Positions 62,288 through 64,000 of a stretch of 64,000 nucleotides of DNA are shown here, one piece after another. Source of the DNA: a virus. Location: positions 8,050-72,049 of the IMG/VR virus record IMGVR_UViG_3300048930_000528; one strand, 5' to 3'. Position 1 is the first letter of the stretch. Each line of letters begins with the position of its first letter. The notes under the pieces were generated by a model that was not told the origin of the DNA, made no database searches, and worked only from the letters and a program-made list of their open reading frames with translations. The position numbers were made by a program, and so were the translations under genes.

Positions 62288-64000
62288 TTACGCGGCGATG
62301 AGGCCGTGGCCGGCGGTGGGGCGTAGGCGGGTCAGCAGGGTGTTAAAGCTGGTACCGTTGCCGTTGACATTGCCGCCCATTGCGTTGATCGCGGCCGCAA
62401 GGGCATTCAGGGCGCTTTCGAGCCCGAAGAGGTCCACGGTATCCGAGCCGGACAGGCTGTGCGATTCGTCGGCCGTAGTCGGTGCGTCCGTCGCGGCGTC
62501 ACTCACTGCGGCGCCGCGCCCGCCGAGAATCTGCAGCCCGTCGTTATAGACGAGCCGACCGCCCGTGCCGAGCAGGTACAGGTCGCCATTGAAATGAATC
62601 TGCTCGGCGGACATGACGAGCCATGCCCCCAACTCTTGGCAGGTCAGATTAAAAGACCCCGTCCCGCGGTGCAGCAGGTTCGTGTCGGCGTTGGCACCTG
62701 CGCCGCCACGCTCGATGCGCAGGCCGTAGTCGGTGAAGGTAGTGTCGCCGATGAGGTCGATGCGGACGGCTCCGGCGCCAGACCTGCCCATGCCGATCTC
62801 AAGGACGTAGTCCTCAGTTGATCGCCCAAAGCGGTAGCTCTGCCGGCCACCTAGGGCGAAGCTCAGTTCCGCCGCGCCGCTACTGTAGAGCCCGTCGTCA
62901 GTGCGGGCGGCAAAGCTGTAGGTCGGGGCGCTTGCGCTGGCGTTGCCGCCTCGCGCAACCTCGGCAAACTGCACGCGGCCGGTGTCCCCGTTTAGAGTCA
63001 GGGTCTCCACGCCGGCCGCAGTGTGTAGGCGAAGCTGACCGTGGCCACCTGCCAGCTCCGTGCCGATCAGGGCAACAAGTTCGTTCGCGCTGTTGTAGCT
63101 GCGCAGCGTGGTGTACCCGTCTGTGCTGTCTGCGTAAACCTCCGTGCGATTGCCGGTGGGCGCACCGCGGCGGAATGTCGTGCCGTCGATCACCGTGCGC
63201 TCAATAGCCGTGCCAACGTCGAGCGTCCCGTTGACGGTCACATTGGCGTTCAGCGTCAGGTCGGAGCCAACGAGGGAGAACGGAGCCACGCCCGACGTGC
63301 CGTTGTAGATCTGGAACTTGTCGGCTTGGAACTTGATCTCGCTTACGGTGCCACCGTCCGGTGCGCTGGCTGACGTGATCGTCAGGCCGGTCACGACGTT
63401 GCCAGCGATGACGGTTAGCGCATACTTGCCGGCGAGGTAGCCGTCGGCCGTGGCGCGGGCCGTTGCCTCCGACTGCACGGCTGCGAAAATTGTGCCGCTA
63501 GGCCCAGTCAGTGCCGCCGTGATCGCGCTGTTGGCAATTGCCGTGGCACCGGTCGAGTCAACGTAGGCAGACTCAATGACTCCGACTCGTGCGAGAAGCC
63601 CGGTTGTCGGCGTGTCAACGCTCGCCTCAAGGGCCGTTGCCCGAGACGCCAACGCAGAGTCTGCCGTCGCCCGCGCCGTGGACTCCACGGCGATTGCCGC
63701 GAAGATGCTGCCCGAAGGTCCGGTCAGCGCCGCTGACACGACGGAGCTGGCGATAGCTGTGGCCCCAGCCGAATCCACGTAGGCAGACTCAATGACTCCG
63801 ACTCGTGCGAGAAGCCCGGTTGTCGGCGTGTCAACGCTCGCCTCAAGGGCCGTTGCCCGAGACGCCAACGCAGAGTCTGCCGTCGCCCGCGCCGTGGACT
63901 CCACGGCGATTGCCGCGAAGATGCTGCCCGAAGGTCCGGTCAGCGCCGCTGACACGACGGAGCTGGCGATAGCTGTGGCCCCAGCCGAATCCACGTAGGC
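62288..64000 (-). CDS. Tail fibre / host-specificity protein (5' truncated)
   Basis: E.TARATADSALA repeats, IKFQADKF (DUF1983/J-like) motif, beta-rich C-terminus. Confidence 0.75.
   Translation of the reverse strand, partial: AYVDSAGATAIASSVVSAALTGPSGSIFAAIAVESTARATADSALASRATALEASVDTPTTGLLARVGVIESAYVDSAGATAIASSVVSAALTGPSGSIFAAIAVESTARATADSALASRATALEASVDTPTTGLLARVGVIESAYVDSTGATAIANSAITAALTGPSGTIFAAVQSEATARATADGYLAGKYALTVIAGNVVTGLTITSASAPDGGTVSEIKFQADKFQIYNGTSGVAPFSLVGSDLTLNANVTVNGTLDVGTAIERTVIDGTTFRRGAPTGNRTEVYADSTDGYTTLRSYNSANELVALIGTELAGGHGQLRLHTAAGVETLTLNGDTGRVQFAEVARGGNASASAPTYSFAARTDDGLYSSGAAELSFALGGRQSYRFGRSTEDYVLEIGMGRSGAGAVRIDLIGDTTFTDYGLRIERGGAGANADTNLLHRGTGSFNLTCQELGAWLVMSAEQIHFNGDLYLLGTGGRLVYNDGLQILGGRGAAVSDAATDAPTTADESHSLSGSDTVDLFGLESALNALAAAINAMGGNVNGNGTSFNTLLTRLRPTAGHGLIAA
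63561..64000. repeat. Exact 216-bp tandem repeat (72 aa) in the tail fibre gene
   Basis: ACGTAGGC recurs at 63561, 63777, 63993; ORF track shows identical peptides 216 bp apart. Confidence 0.92.

Larger units (their letters stand above)
1..64000. mobile_element. Tailed bacteriophage genome (podovirus-like, probably temperate), circularly permuted, truncated at window ends
   Basis: Terminase, portal, scaffold, capsid, ejection-type giant proteins, integrase, phage recombination and replication genes; no host housekeeping operons; structural genes continue on - strand at both window ends. Confidence 0.95.

Noticed and set aside
62288-64000. Diversity-generating retroelement acting on the tail fibre
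   Set aside because: No reverse transcriptase seen; the repeats are exact tandem copies, not a TR/VR pair differing at adenines.

Overview
The whole window is one tailed (podovirus-like), probably temperate, GC-rich bacteriophage genome, apparently circularly permuted. Virion and packaging genes lie on the - strand at both ends (1-12918 and 49124-64000). The middle holds an integrase and lysogeny switch (13160-15352), recombination and replication genes (15362-23890), a - strand block of small ORFs (25238-28916), a non-coding origin/terminus/leader region (28917-29837) and a long + strand early/accessory region (29838-49161). The SSB and DnaB-N sequences suggest a Verrucomicrobiota (Opitutae-like) host (inference from recall, not searched). 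The main discovery is two arrays (38424-39980 and ~45690-48781) holding 10 gene cassettes bounded by integron attC-like hairpins. The sites are inverted relative to their genes, and each cassette has perfectly complementary 7-bp core ends. Every complete site supplies a stop codon in one fixed frame, and most also carry the next gene's start. Three cassettes encode DNA methyltransferases, and a non-IntI tyrosine recombinase with its own promoter sits directly upstream of the larger array. Other highlights: two sister inteins in the P-loops of two different helicases, a likely A10 slippage/frameshift gene after the capsid gene, a glycosyl-type beta-propeller sharing a domain with that gene, a Tat-signal protein carrying a copy of the capsid N-terminal motif, and a divergent pair of paralogous ribbon-helix-helix regulators. 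All product calls rest on motif recognition and synteny only; no database searches were run.
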